The notes beneath the pieces were generated by a model. That model saw nothing but the letters and a program-made list of their open reading frames with translations, ran no database searches and had not been told where the DNA came from. Positions 27,482-37,165 of a stretch of DNA of 38,424 bases are shown here, piece by piece; position 1 is the first letter of the stretch; each line of letters opens with the position of its first letter. Source of the DNA: Nonlabens sp. (lineage in GTDB: Bacteria > Bacteroidota > Bacteroidia > Flavobacteriales > Flavobacteriaceae); contig JALZUY010000089.1 of the NCBI GenBank assembly GCA_023301395.1, positions 1-38,424 of the forward strand, in the 5' to 3' direction. The translations under genes and the position numbers were made by a program.

Positions 27482-29875
27482 TTAATTAATTAATCCTATA
27501 TTTTTCTTGTCAGTTGCTGCTCCTTTAAGAGCAGAACTTTCTTTAATTGTAAATGTATCAGTGTTTTCCCATTTAGGATTAAATCTTTCTAATTTAACCT
27601 TTTGAGAATTTCCACTCAATTTGACTTTACCACTGTTATAAATTACACAGTTTTCAATTCTATGAGTTTCTTCTTTGAGCTGTACGATACTATTAGTAGC
27701 TCTTGAATTATCTATTACTGTGTTCTTAATATGAACATTTTTTAAACCTTGTACCTTAATAATTCTTCCTTTTTCTGAATCATCTACTTTATAAAAAACA
27801 CAATGATCTACTACTAGATTACCACCAGATGTTCCTTGTTGCTCACCACTACGAGAGTAATTAATCGCAAACTGAGAAATATCAGCAAATGATGTGTTGT
27901 GCATTATTATATGTTCTGCGTTATACTTTCCCGTTTGATCTTTCTCATATGAAAGATTAAATCCTCTAAAAGAATCTCTAAATGTTGAATTCTTGACAGA
28001 AATAGTATCAGCCTTAGTACCTACATATGCTTTAAAGATAGCACCACCATCTGAATTACTAAAGTTTACAAAAGCAACGTCATCTAAATACACATTATAA
28101 AGAGCACTTGTTGCATTGTTAGGTGAAGTGATACCGTACTTTACAGCATCACCTTTTGTGTTACCATCTATATGAACACCTGTAATTTTTAAACTTTTTG
28201 CTCCATCCATTCTCAAAATATACTGAGGAGTTTTAGCAGCGCTTTCACTAATCTTGATAAAAGTTTTTCCTTTTCCGGCACCTATAATGGTTAAGTCTTG
28301 ATTTACCTTATTTGCTTTAGATAAATAATAAGTTCCTGCTGTTAATTTAAGCACAGTAGGTCCAGACATTTTTCTTATCGCTTTACCAAGAGTGTTTTCG
28401 CCAGGCTCTATTTCAATTACTGATTTTGGCAACACTTGTTTCATTTCTCTTAAATCTTCTATTTTTAAATAGCTCACACCAGCTTGAGATGTTAATGCAA
28501 GTGCTGGTTTAAAGTTCCCAGGAACTATTGCGCCAGCTCTAATTGCAGATCTTAAAGCTCCTGTTGCATCTACTCTAACTTTAGGACTCGTTTTAGGAGA
28601 TGCTAGTAAAGCATCACTTTCTTTAGAAGGAACATAAATTCCATTTGAAGCTTCCATAGAAACATCAACAGCATCTACTCCATCGTAATCCTCGATAAGT
28701 GTTGAACTTACTTTATTTCCAGAAAATGAGATTCCGCTTACATCATCTCCAGCAAGAATAGCGAGACCACGAACAGAACTGTAAATATGATTGTTCTGAA
28801 AAATTGTATTTGATGGAACTACAGTCGCCTCTTTCTTAGAACCTACCGCTAGTGCAATTGGACTGGAGTTAATGACCGTATTATTTTGCATAATCCCGTC
28901 TATTACTGGGTCATATCCATTAAGCTTAGAATTAGGAATACCATTCATTATTGATAAAGGAGCTCGCAATTCCTTTCCAGCGATACCTATTAAAATATTA
29001 TTACGTACAATATTTCCTTTGTTGATCATGCGTATCCCACCAGTCTTAGGTAAATTACTTCCTATAATTACGTTTCCTTCTACAAGATTATAATCTCCGT
29101 GACGTAATGTAATCGTTCCTTCACTATCTAATATTAGGTTATTACGTACTATGTTATGAGCAGATTTTATAGAGATTATTTCCATCTCACCACTACATCT
29201 TTCAAAGAAATTATTTTCAATTACTGTTTTAGAAGATTGTTTAGAATAAGTAGAAGTCCCTACTCTTATAGTCTCTCCACCATTAAAGCCTAGAGGTAAT
29301 CTTTCTCCAAAATAGTTATGATCGATTCTATGATTATTATCAATACTATTCTTTAACCTTACCGCGATGGCAGGACCTTTATTTAACTTACCTAATAAGC
29401 TACAATGATCTACTCTGTTATTTAATCCATGAAGACCGATATAATAATTTGTAATATCTCTAGAATCGGCATTAACATTAATTATAGCACAGTTAGTAAC
29501 TCGTGAATTATTTGCAGGTGTTTCACTATCTGCTTGAAATCTAATCACATTGTTCTTACCTACATTACCGTCTTCAAACCATAATCCATGAACCTCAAGA
29601 TACTCACCACCTATTCTCAAGGTAGAACTACCGGTTAATTTCACTTTTCCTGGAGTTTGAGATCTTAAGACAATAGGCTTCTCAGCAGTACCAGTTGCTT
29701 TGAATTTAATATTCACATCCTTCCATTCATTATTAACCATAATAATGGTATCACCTGGCTTAGCACTTTTTATAGCACTATTCAATTCAGATAAATTTTT
29801 AACTGGTATAGACTGCGCTTCCGCGAAAGCGAAACACAACATAAACCATATTACTATGTGAAAGTTTCTTTTCAT
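27482..29875 (-). CDS. Second PL6 alginate lyase (two beta-helix domains), SPI signal
   Basis: AKPGDTI, GERLPLGFNGGETIRVG, EMEIISIKS, TLRHG, MNGIPNS; ATG overlaps susD TAA (TAATG). Confidence 0.9.
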   Translation of the reverse strand: MKRNFHIVIWFMLCFAFAEAQSIPVKNLSELNSAIKSAKPGDTIIMVNNEWKDVNIKFKATGTAEKPIVLRSQTPGKVKLTGSSTLRIGGEYLEVHGLWFEDGNVGKNNVIRFQADSETPANNSRVTNCAIINVNADSRDITNYYIGLHGLNNRVDHCSLLGKLNKGPAIAVRLKNSIDNNHRIDHNYFGERLPLGFNGGETIRVGTSTYSKQSSKTVIENNFFERCSGEMEIISIKSAHNIVRNNLILDSEGTITLRHGDYNLVEGNVIIGSNLPKTGGIRMINKGNIVRNNILIGIAGKELRAPLSIMNGIPNSKLNGYDPVIDGIMQNNTVINSSPIALAVGSKKEATVVPSNTIFQNNHIYSSVRGLAILAGDDVSGISFSGNKVSSTLIEDYDGVDAVDVSMEASNGIYVPSKESDALLASPKTSPKVRVDATGALRSAIRAGAIVPGNFKPALALTSQAGVSYLKIEDLREMKQVLPKSVIEIEPGENTLGKAIRKMSGPTVLKLTAGTYYLSKANKVNQDLTIIGAGKGKTFIKISESAAKTPQYILRMDGAKSLKITGVHIDGNTKGDAVKYGITSPNNATSALYNVYLDDVAFVNFSNSDGGAIFKAYVGTKADTISVKNSTFRDSFRGFNLSYEKDQTGKYNAEHIIMHNTSFADISQFAINYSRSGEQQGTSGGNLVVDHCVFYKVDDSEKGRIIKVQGLKNVHIKNTVIDNSRATNSIVQLKEETHRIENCVIYNSGKVKLSGNSQKVKLERFNPKWENTDTFTIKESSALKGAATDKKNIGLIN
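29816..29831. repeat. Palindrome variant CGCTTCCGCGAAAGCG in PL6 signal peptide
   Basis: One mismatch; read as AFAEA at the signal-peptidase site. Confidence 0.85.
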
Positions 29876-31362
29876 TAATACCCTACGTTTTGTGCTACTG
29901 ATGGATTTAAATCAATTTCATATTGTGGTATAGGTAACAGAGTTTGAAATTGTTGAATAGGCGATGTATTAAATGCTGGTTCATTAGGATCATTATATTG
30001 AAAATCACTTGTAAAATGACCATTCATTACTGTTACTGCTCTACCTGTACGTAATAAATCAAACCATCTATGATTCTCAAAAGCAAATTCTCTACGACGT
30101 TCTTCTTCAATAGCTAGTTTAAAATCAAAATAAGTACTAGTTTGACTTGCTGTTAAAGGTGACTGAGCAGCTCTAACTTTCACCTCATCTACATAACCTA
30201 TAGATTCAGTTGTTGGTCCACCATTGTTTTCATTAATTGCCTCAGCTAGTAACATGATTACATCTGCATGACGGCTTATCACCCAATCGTTAGGTGCATC
30301 ATCAAGGTTTGAGAACGTACTGTTATATTTACTTACAAATCTTTCCACGTTTGTATTCCCGCTATTATCAACCCAAGAAACTGCAAAATTGACTCTTGCT
30401 CTTGGATCAGAAGTAACATATAAAGCTTCCATTTCTTCAGTAGGTACGTTAAACTCATCGCCACCACCAAAAATCACAGCATTTTCACTTTGTAACGGAG
30501 AGAAAAAATTTGCAAACGGTGACCCCAAACCTAGTAAACCAGATTGATAGCGCACTGCAAACAAAATCTCATCATTAAATTCATTATTTGAATCAAAAAC
30601 CTGATCATAATCATCTAAAAGACGTTTCCCGCTCAATGTTGCCACATCCCTCAAAACAACCTCTGATCTTGAAATACTTGTTGCAGAACCTTCAGTAAGC
30701 AATGCTTTACCTAGCTCAGCTCCTGCAGCCCATTTTGTAACTCTACCTACATCATTACTACCATAATCTTCTGGTAAATTTGCATAAGCATATTCTAAAT
30801 CTTCAATAATAACGGCATAAGCCTCTTCAATACTTTTACGTTCAAGATTTCTTGCTTGTGAAGCATCTATTGTTTCTGTTACTACAAAAACACCTCCATA
30901 TAGACGTACAAGATTAAATAATGAATGCGCTCTTAAGAAACGTGCTTCTCCTTCAAATTGAGTAGCTAAATTTGCGTCATCTACTACAGCTAAGTTTTCT
31001 AAAACGTGATTACTTAATCCTATTGTTTTATAACTCGCTCTCCAGTAACTAGCAGCAAACTCATTCAACGGGTTAGATACAAAGCGATCTAATTGTCTAT
31101 AAGGTACGTTTGCATTTACAGAATTATCAAAACTCAATTGTGTATTATCACTACGTAACTCAGTTACAATCCACTCATCAATCTGCTTTAAATGAAGTGA
31201 ATTATAGATACCTATTACGCCTAAATTTACTTCGTTAGTATTTGCGTAAAAACCATCTGCTCCTATATCTGATATAGGTTGTAAATCAATTGGATCATCA
31301 CAAGAATGAAACCCAACTATTATAGTCAATAAGACGGCTATTTTATATATATGCTTTTTCAT
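29875..31362 (-). CDS. susD: SusD/RagB nutrient-binding lipoprotein
   Basis: Lipobox FHSC, GEARFLRA, LVRLYGGV, EERRREFAFENHRWFDLLR, LPIP...QNVGY. Confidence 0.93.
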   Translation of the reverse strand: MKKHIYKIAVLLTIIVGFHSCDDPIDLQPISDIGADGFYANTNEVNLGVIGIYNSLHLKQIDEWIVTELRSDNTQLSFDNSVNANVPYRQLDRFVSNPLNEFAASYWRASYKTIGLSNHVLENLAVVDDANLATQFEGEARFLRAHSLFNLVRLYGGVFVVTETIDASQARNLERKSIEEAYAVIIEDLEYAYANLPEDYGSNDVGRVTKWAAGAELGKALLTEGSATSISRSEVVLRDVATLSGKRLLDDYDQVFDSNNEFNDEILFAVRYQSGLLGLGSPFANFFSPLQSENAVIFGGGDEFNVPTEEMEALYVTSDPRARVNFAVSWVDNSGNTNVERFVSKYNSTFSNLDDAPNDWVISRHADVIMLLAEAINENNGGPTTESIGYVDEVKVRAAQSPLTASQTSTYFDFKLAIEEERRREFAFENHRWFDLLRTGRAVTVMNGHFTSDFQYNDPNEPAFNTSPIQQFQTLLPIPQYEIDLNPSVAQNVGY

Positions 31363-31373
31363 AGTTGTAATTT

Positions 31374-34300
31374 TTAAAATGTAATATCTATTCCTGCTGC
31401 AAATTGTCTACTTAATGGATCTGCTCCACGTTGGTAACCAGATACTAGAGGAGATGAGTATTCACCTGAAGTACGTAAAGCCTCTGGATTGTTTCCGTAA
31501 TAATCGTCTGCAAAGAAGTATAATAAATTTTGCGCCGAAGCAAATATTCTAAATGATTCTAACCCCAAAGATTTAGTTATTTTATCATTAAACGTGTGTC
31601 CAAAAACAACTTCTCTTAACGCCACATAACTTGCGTCTTGTATTAAATAGTCAGTTGCTGTCCACTCACGACCTAATCTACCTGATGGTTGCGTTGCTGG
31701 AATATCTGGATGAACCCATCTATCCTGTAGGAAGTCACTATGTATTACACGACTTTCTAAGTAAAAACCATCTCCATAAAAAACTTCAGCGCCTTCACTA
31801 CCTTGTAGCAAGAAATATAAATCAAAGCCTTTATACTTGAATGTATTTGTAATACCCCATGTAAAATCTGGGAAAGGACTTCCTAATGTAGTTCTATCTG
31901 CGGTTGTAATAACACCATCACCGTTAATATCAGCTACTCTAATTCCGCCAGGAGCATCCTCAGCAGAGCTCGGGTTATTATCAATTTCATCTTGATTTTG
32001 CCAAATACCAATTGAACGATACCCATAAAACTGAATAGCTTCTTCACCTACTCTAGATATGTATTGATCTTCTCGTTCTCCATCATTGATAAATTGTTCT
32101 TCGCCACCAAGTGAAATCAATCTATTCTGATTGGTACTGATATTTGCAGATGCAACCCAATTTAATTCTCCAAAATCAAAATTAGTACTCACTACAAATT
32201 CAACTCCTTGATTTTGAATTTTACCTATATTATTAATAAAACTATCATGACCAGTAGCATATGACACATTCTGGTTTAACAATAAATCTTGTGTTATAGA
32301 ATAATAATAATCTGCAGTAAAAGATATCTTTTTATCTAAGATCGATGCATCGATCCCAAAATCATAAGAATCTGTTTGTTCCCAGCTTATTGCTCTATTA
32401 GCAAGTACATCACCATTCTCTGCAAGTCCAGATACAATTGATCCTGGTCCAGCACCTAATGAATAGTTTGTTGGGAATAATAAGTTTGTAAATGAATAAT
32501 TGTCAATATTATTATTTCCTACCACACCATAACTAGCTCTAAGCTTGAATTGATTTAAGAAAGAAATATTTTCATTGAAAAACTTTTCATTATGCATGTT
32601 CCATCCAGCACTTGCTGATGGGAAGAAACCATATTTATTATTAGGACCAAATAAGGAACTACCATCTACTCTAGCAGCAAGAGACACAAGATATCTATTA
32701 TCATATCCATAATTTACACGAGCTAATCCCGATAGTAATCCAATTTCTTCCTTAAGAGTAAATGTGTCATTTGCATCAATAATTGTTGCTGCATTGATGG
32801 TTGAGATAAAATCTGTAGGGAAATTTGAACCTAAGATTGAAGAGGTCTTTAAGAATGTGTATTCATAAGTACCACCAATCAGTGCATTAAAGTCGTGATC
32901 TCCTTTTGAATAGTTGTAGTCAAATGTATGTTCTGTTATTACTCTGTTACGCTGAGAGTTCACATCTTCAGAGAAGGATTGCCCATCTCTTCTTGCAATA
33001 GAATTTCTAAATTGCTCATCATTTCTCAAACGGAAATAAGTTCCTACTCTACCATTATACTTAAGACCTTTCATAATCTTCCAGCTCAACTTAGCATCTG
33101 CCACAAAACGGTATTCATAACGCACTCTCTTCTCATTCTCTAAACGTGTTACTGGGTTGTTGTTGTTAGTTCCCCAAATACTTGATTGTGTAAAGTCTTG
33201 CTGCACACCATCTGCATCGATAAAACTAAAATCTAGGTTCCTATAATGTCTTGCATGAGCAGGACTACCTACTGGTTCTCCAGTTAAATCGCTACTCCAT
33301 TGATTATGAGTAGGCGCAAAGAAATTATAGTTACGCAAAAAATCTGAGAATTGTTGAGCACTCCTTCTTTGTCTCGAGTATGAAGGTCTGAAATTAATCC
33401 CAAGTTTTACTTTATCACTTAATTTAGTATTGAATCTTGCTTGAAGATTCAATGCTCTGTATTCATTATCTCTAATAAGGCCTTCGTCTTGAACAAATTG
33501 TCCAGAGAAATAATATTTAGTCAATCTACTACCACCACCTACATCAAACTGATAATTCTGGATAGTTACACTTTCACGTTTTGCTTCCTCTAACCAGTCC
33601 GTACCATTACCGCTCTCACTTGTATTTTGAGCTACTATGCGACGAGCAAGTTCTAGATTTGAATATCCTAAAATATTAGGCTCTCTATTTTCATTTAAAG
33701 CATTAGCATTTTCCGCAGTCTGACGTTCTCCTAAAGTAAAGTCAGTAAATTCTGTAGTGTTTAAAACATTTGGCAATCTCAAAACTGATTTTACACCAGT
33801 AAAAGCCTTGAAACTAAATTTAGGCTCACCATCACCATCTTTAGTAGTAACTAATATAACTCCATTTGCTCCACGTGATCCATAAAGAGCAGCAGAACTA
33901 GCGTCCTTAAGCACTTCAATAGATTTAATTGAACCTGGATTTATAAACTCAAGTGCATCTTCAATAGGAAAACCATCTACAACAATTAATGGAGAGCTAC
34001 TAGCTGTAATAGAACTCAAACCTCTAATACTAATAGTAGGTGATTCACCTACTTGACCAGATGTATTTGTGATCTGAACACCTGCAAGTTTTCCTTTTAG
34101 AGCATCTGCAACGCCAGAATATGATAATTCATCAAGATTTTCATTTTTAAGTTGAGCAACTGAGTTTGTTAAGTTACTTTTTGAAGATTTACCGTAAGCA
34201 ACGACTATTACTTCATCAAGTGCTTCTTGATCTTCTTGCATTATTATTTCAAAAGTGGTCTTTTCTCCTACAATAATATTCTGAGTTTTAAAACCCAAAG

Positions 34301-34550
34301 AACTAACGACTAAAACATCATCTGGCATAACTTTAATACTAAATTTACCGTCAATATCTGCGACGGTAGCTTTATTAGTATTTAAAATTTGAATCGTAGC
34401 ACCTAGTATAGGTTCTAAATCTGCTCCAGAGGTAACCGTTCCAGTCACATCTTTCAACACTCCTTGTGCAAACGTTACCGCTGGCAAAGCAAGCAAGCAG
34501 AAAATAAAAATTATTTTTCTCATAGAAAACTTGTTATCGAGTAATCTCAT
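31374..34550 (-). CDS. susC: SusC/RagA TonB-dependent transporter
   Basis: LDEVIVVAYG, PLIVVDG, IEVLKDASSAALYGSRGANGVILVTTK, WEQT, C-terminal F. Alternative start at 34523 (MRKIIF). Confidence 0.95.
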   Translation of the reverse strand: MRLLDNKFSMRKIIFIFCLLALPAVTFAQGVLKDVTGTVTSGADLEPILGATIQILNTNKATVADIDGKFSIKVMPDDVLVVSSLGFKTQNIIVGEKTTFEIIMQEDQEALDEVIVVAYGKSSKSNLTNSVAQLKNENLDELSYSGVADALKGKLAGVQITNTSGQVGESPTISIRGLSSITASSSPLIVVDGFPIEDALEFINPGSIKSIEVLKDASSAALYGSRGANGVILVTTKDGDGEPKFSFKAFTGVKSVLRLPNVLNTTEFTDFTLGERQTAENANALNENREPNILGYSNLELARRIVAQNTSESGNGTDWLEEAKRESVTIQNYQFDVGGGSRLTKYYFSGQFVQDEGLIRDNEYRALNLQARFNTKLSDKVKLGINFRPSYSRQRRSAQQFSDFLRNYNFFAPTHNQWSSDLTGEPVGSPAHARHYRNLDFSFIDADGVQQDFTQSSIWGTNNNNPVTRLENEKRVRYEYRFVADAKLSWKIMKGLKYNGRVGTYFRLRNDEQFRNSIARRDGQSFSEDVNSQRNRVITEHTFDYNYSKGDHDFNALIGGTYEYTFLKTSSILGSNFPTDFISTINAATIIDANDTFTLKEEIGLLSGLARVNYGYDNRYLVSLAARVDGSSLFGPNNKYGFFPSASAGWNMHNEKFFNENISFLNQFKLRASYGVVGNNNIDNYSFTNLLFPTNYSLGAGPGSIVSGLAENGDVLANRAISWEQTDSYDFGIDASILDKKISFTADYYYSITQDLLLNQNVSYATGHDSFINNIGKIQNQGVEFVVSTNFDFGELNWVASANISTNQNRLISLGGEEQFINDGEREDQYISRVGEEAIQFYGYRSIGIWQNQDEIDNNPSSAEDAPGGIRVADINGDGVITTADRTTLGSPFPDFTWGITNTFKYKGFDLYFLLQGSEGAEVFYGDGFYLESRVIHSDFLQDRWVHPDIPATQPSGRLGREWTATDYLIQDASYVALREVVFGHTFNDKITKSLGLESFRIFASAQNLLYFFADDYYGNNPEALRTSGEYSSPLVSGYQRGADPLSRQFAAGIDITF

Positions 34551-34652
34551 TTAATTTACTCTATAAAACCATTAGTAAGGAGTGATAATCCCAAAGGGTC
34601 TTATTTTGTAAAACAAAAAGGGATATACTCCTTTATTAATTACTATTTATTA

Positions 34653-35372
34653 TTACTTTTTAATGTATTCTCTTAATGCTTTAAAATGTACTCTTAAAGC
34701 AACCGTAGCCTCTTCAGGGTTTTTATTTTTAATAGCATTCAAAATATCTTCATGTTCTTGCACGAGCTTAATTGCTTCGGTACGATCACATATGTGTTCT
34801 TTATTAAAATGGCCAATGATATCTGGAACAAGAACCTTCATTAACCAATATAAGATAGTGTTTTCACTAGCTTTTACAATCGCCAAATGAAACTTTAAAT
34901 CTTCAATCAATGATGGAAGTCCACTTGTAATGCAATTCACAAAATCCTCATGAGCTTGTTCTAAATTCAATATTGATTCCTCTGTTCCTCTTGCAGCAGC
35001 TAGTTGAACCGCATTTGACTCAATTATAACTCTTGTTTCTACTAGTGATTTAAAATCTGGAGTTTTAAGGTCCAGAATATCTGTCATCATAGTATTCATA
35101 GAAGGAACACCTATACCTGTAATTATAGAACCACTTTGAGGCATAGTATTAATAATACCGTAGAATTCTAATTTTTGAATTGCAGCCCTAATTTGATTGC
35201 GACTTACAGATAGTTTTTCAGATAATTTTCTCTCTGAAGGTAGTTTATCTCCAGCACCTAAATCATGTTTCTTTATGAGTGCTCTAATTTGAGAAACAAC
35301 TTCATTATCTTTAGCTAAATCGATTTCGTTATCGAAGCTAGGAGTTACTAATTTAAGACCGTGTTCTATCAT
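34653..35372 (-). CDS. GntR/FadR-family transcriptional regulator (alginate-locus repressor)
   Basis: GDKLPSERKLSEKLSVSRNQIRAA HTH; FCD domain DLKFHLAI...EHEDILNAI. Confidence 0.92.
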   Translation of the reverse strand: MIEHGLKLVTPSFDNEIDLAKDNEVVSQIRALIKKHDLGAGDKLPSERKLSEKLSVSRNQIRAAIQKLEFYGIINTMPQSGSIITGIGVPSMNTMMTDILDLKTPDFKSLVETRVIIESNAVQLAAARGTEESILNLEQAHEDFVNCITSGLPSLIEDLKFHLAIVKASENTILYWLMKVLVPDIIGHFNKEHICDRTEAIKLVQEHEDILNAIKNKNPEEATVALRVHFKALREYIKK

Positions 35373-35387
35373 AATTTATAAAAACAA

Positions 35388-35415
35388 AATTGGTTCACCA
35401 ATCTGGTTGCCCAAA
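35388..35415 (-). promoter_or_regulatory. Putative GntR tandem operator (autoregulatory, also controlling susC operon)
   Basis: AATTGGTTCACCAATCTGGTTGCCCAAA; overlaps near-consensus promoter TTTG(35443-35440)-20 nt-TTAATTTG(35419-35412). Confidence 0.8.
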
Positions 35416-35511
35416 TTAAAGTGTTATCATAGAGATATCCAAATATTATGTGAAAATAATTTACGATATGAACATAAATCGCCTATAAAATCAAGAAATT
35501 GTTAATAACGA

Positions 35512-36168
35512 TTAGGAATATAACTGAGTTGCAATGTCAACAGCTTGTTGAATATCGATTTGCAGATTTTCAAAATCACCTTTGTTAATTTTGTTTTTAT
35601 CAAATAATTGACTTCCCATCCCTACACAATTGACACCAGCATTAAACCATTCTTCAAGGCCATTACTTGTAGGGATGATTCCACCTGTAGGCATTATCGC
35701 AAGTTGAGGTAGGACAGATTTAACTGCTTTCGCGAAAGCGGAACCTATCACATTTGCTGGAAATATTTTAATCATCTCACAACCCAAATGCATTGCGGTA
35801 GTCGCCTCTGTAATAGTAGCGATTCCAGGAATATAAGCCATATTATTTTGAATACAGTAAGAACCCAGTTCAGGAACAAGACCTGGTGATACTATAAACT
35901 GAGCTCCTGCAGCTACAAATTCTCTTGCCGTTGCACTGTCATATATTGTTCCTACTCCTATTATATAGTCTGGATATTTCTCAAAATGCTTTACCGCTTC
36001 AGTAAAAGTTTCTATTCCATTACTACCACGATTTACAAATTCAAAGATACGCACACCACCTAGATAGGATGCTTCCATAGTTTGAATAGTAATGGCAGCA
36101 CTTTCATTAAAAAAAACGGGCACTATTTTATGATCACTTGTTAAGCTTATAAAGTCTTGTATTCTCAT
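35512..36168 (-). CDS. eda: KDPG/KHG aldolase
   Basis: GVGTI, GAQFIVSP, PGIATITE, KIFPA, MPTGGI, VGMGS. Confidence 0.9.
   Translation of the reverse strand: MRIQDFISLTSDHKIVPVFFNESAAITIQTMEASYLGGVRIFEFVNRGSNGIETFTEAVKHFEKYPDYIIGVGTIYDSATAREFVAAGAQFIVSPGLVPELGSYCIQNNMAYIPGIATITEATTAMHLGCEMIKIFPANVIGSAFAKAVKSVLPQLAIMPTGGIIPTSNGLEEWFNAGVNCVGMGSQLFDKNKINKGDFENLQIDIQQAVDIATQLYS
35726..35739. repeat. Palindrome GCTTTCGCGAAAGC, exact, in eda
   Basis: Read as AFAKA. Confidence 0.9.
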
Positions 36169-36169
36169 A

Positions 36170-37165
36170 TTATCTAAGTAATCTACCTACATTATCGCCT
36201 TGTACTAGGGCCTCTACTTCTTCCCTACTACTTAAATTCACATCTCCGATAGTACTGTGCTTTAAAACCGACGCAGCAACTGCATATTCAATATTTGCTT
36301 GAGGTTCTAGGTTTAAAAATCCATAAATCAATCCTGCCATAAAAGCATCTCCACCACCTATGCGATCTATGATGTTTTTCATATCATATTTCTTAGAAGT
36401 ATAAAGAATACCATCTTGATATAATAATCCTGACAACTCATTGCGTGAAGCTGACATCGCATTACGTATGGTTTTTGAAAATGCCTTAATATGTGGATAT
36501 TTCTCTTTTACCTTATCGCAGTTTGTAGTCCAATCTTCATCTACTATTCCTAAACAATTTTCTAGATCTACTCTACCTCCTATTACTATATCTGTATGTT
36601 CAACAAGTCCTGGCATAACATCCAGTGGCTGTTTTCCATATTGCCACAAGTTGCGACGGTAATTGATATCACCACTTGTGGTCATTCCTCTTTTGCGCGC
36701 TTCTTGTAGTGCTCTCAGAGTAACATCTGCTGAGTTTTGAGAGATTGCTGGAGTAATACCGCTGTAATGAAACCAAGTCGCATCTTTAAAAACAGTATCC
36801 CAGTCCACGTCATCCACTGTTAAGTCTGTAAATGCGGTATTGAATCTATCATAAACTATTCTAGAAGGTCTTTGCATAGCTCCAGCCTCTAAGAAGTAAA
36901 TCCCTAACCTTCCATCTTTACGAGTAATTCCTTCTTCATTAACTCCATTGAGTTTTAAGAAACGAGAAACTCGTTCTCCTAAATCATTAGTAGGAACTGC
37001 AGTAATATGCGTGTTTTCTAATCCAAAATGAGCTAAGGAAACACCTACATTTGCCTCTGACCCACCAAATGTGACATCAAAATTTACCGTTTGAAATAAA
37101 CGTTTATGATGCGGTACTGTTAACCGCATAAGAACTTCACCTAGAGTAATTACTTTTTGATTCAT
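36170..37165 (-). CDS. kdgK: 2-keto-3-deoxygluconate kinase (PfkB family)
   Basis: GEVLMRL, GGSEANV, SGITPA, DINYRRNLW, DRIGGGDAF. Confidence 0.92.
   Translation of the reverse strand: MNQKVITLGEVLMRLTVPHHKRLFQTVNFDVTFGGSEANVGVSLAHFGLENTHITAVPTNDLGERVSRFLKLNGVNEEGITRKDGRLGIYFLEAGAMQRPSRIVYDRFNTAFTDLTVDDVDWDTVFKDATWFHYSGITPAISQNSADVTLRALQEARKRGMTTSGDINYRRNLWQYGKQPLDVMPGLVEHTDIVIGGRVDLENCLGIVDEDWTTNCDKVKEKYPHIKAFSKTIRNAMSASRNELSGLLYQDGILYTSKKYDMKNIIDRIGGGDAFMAGLIYGFLNLEPQANIEYAVAASVLKHSTIGDVNLSSREEVEALVQGDNVGRLLR

Noticed and set aside
1150-35739. Palindrome copies as CRISPR repeats, terminators or classical REP clusters
   Set aside because: Copies are kilobases apart, mostly intragenic, have no loop or U-tail, no spacers, and no cas or RAYT gene nearby.
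3468-37165. Composite transposon carrying the alginate locus
   Set aside because: Only one IS copy; no second IR, integrase or tRNA at the right boundary.
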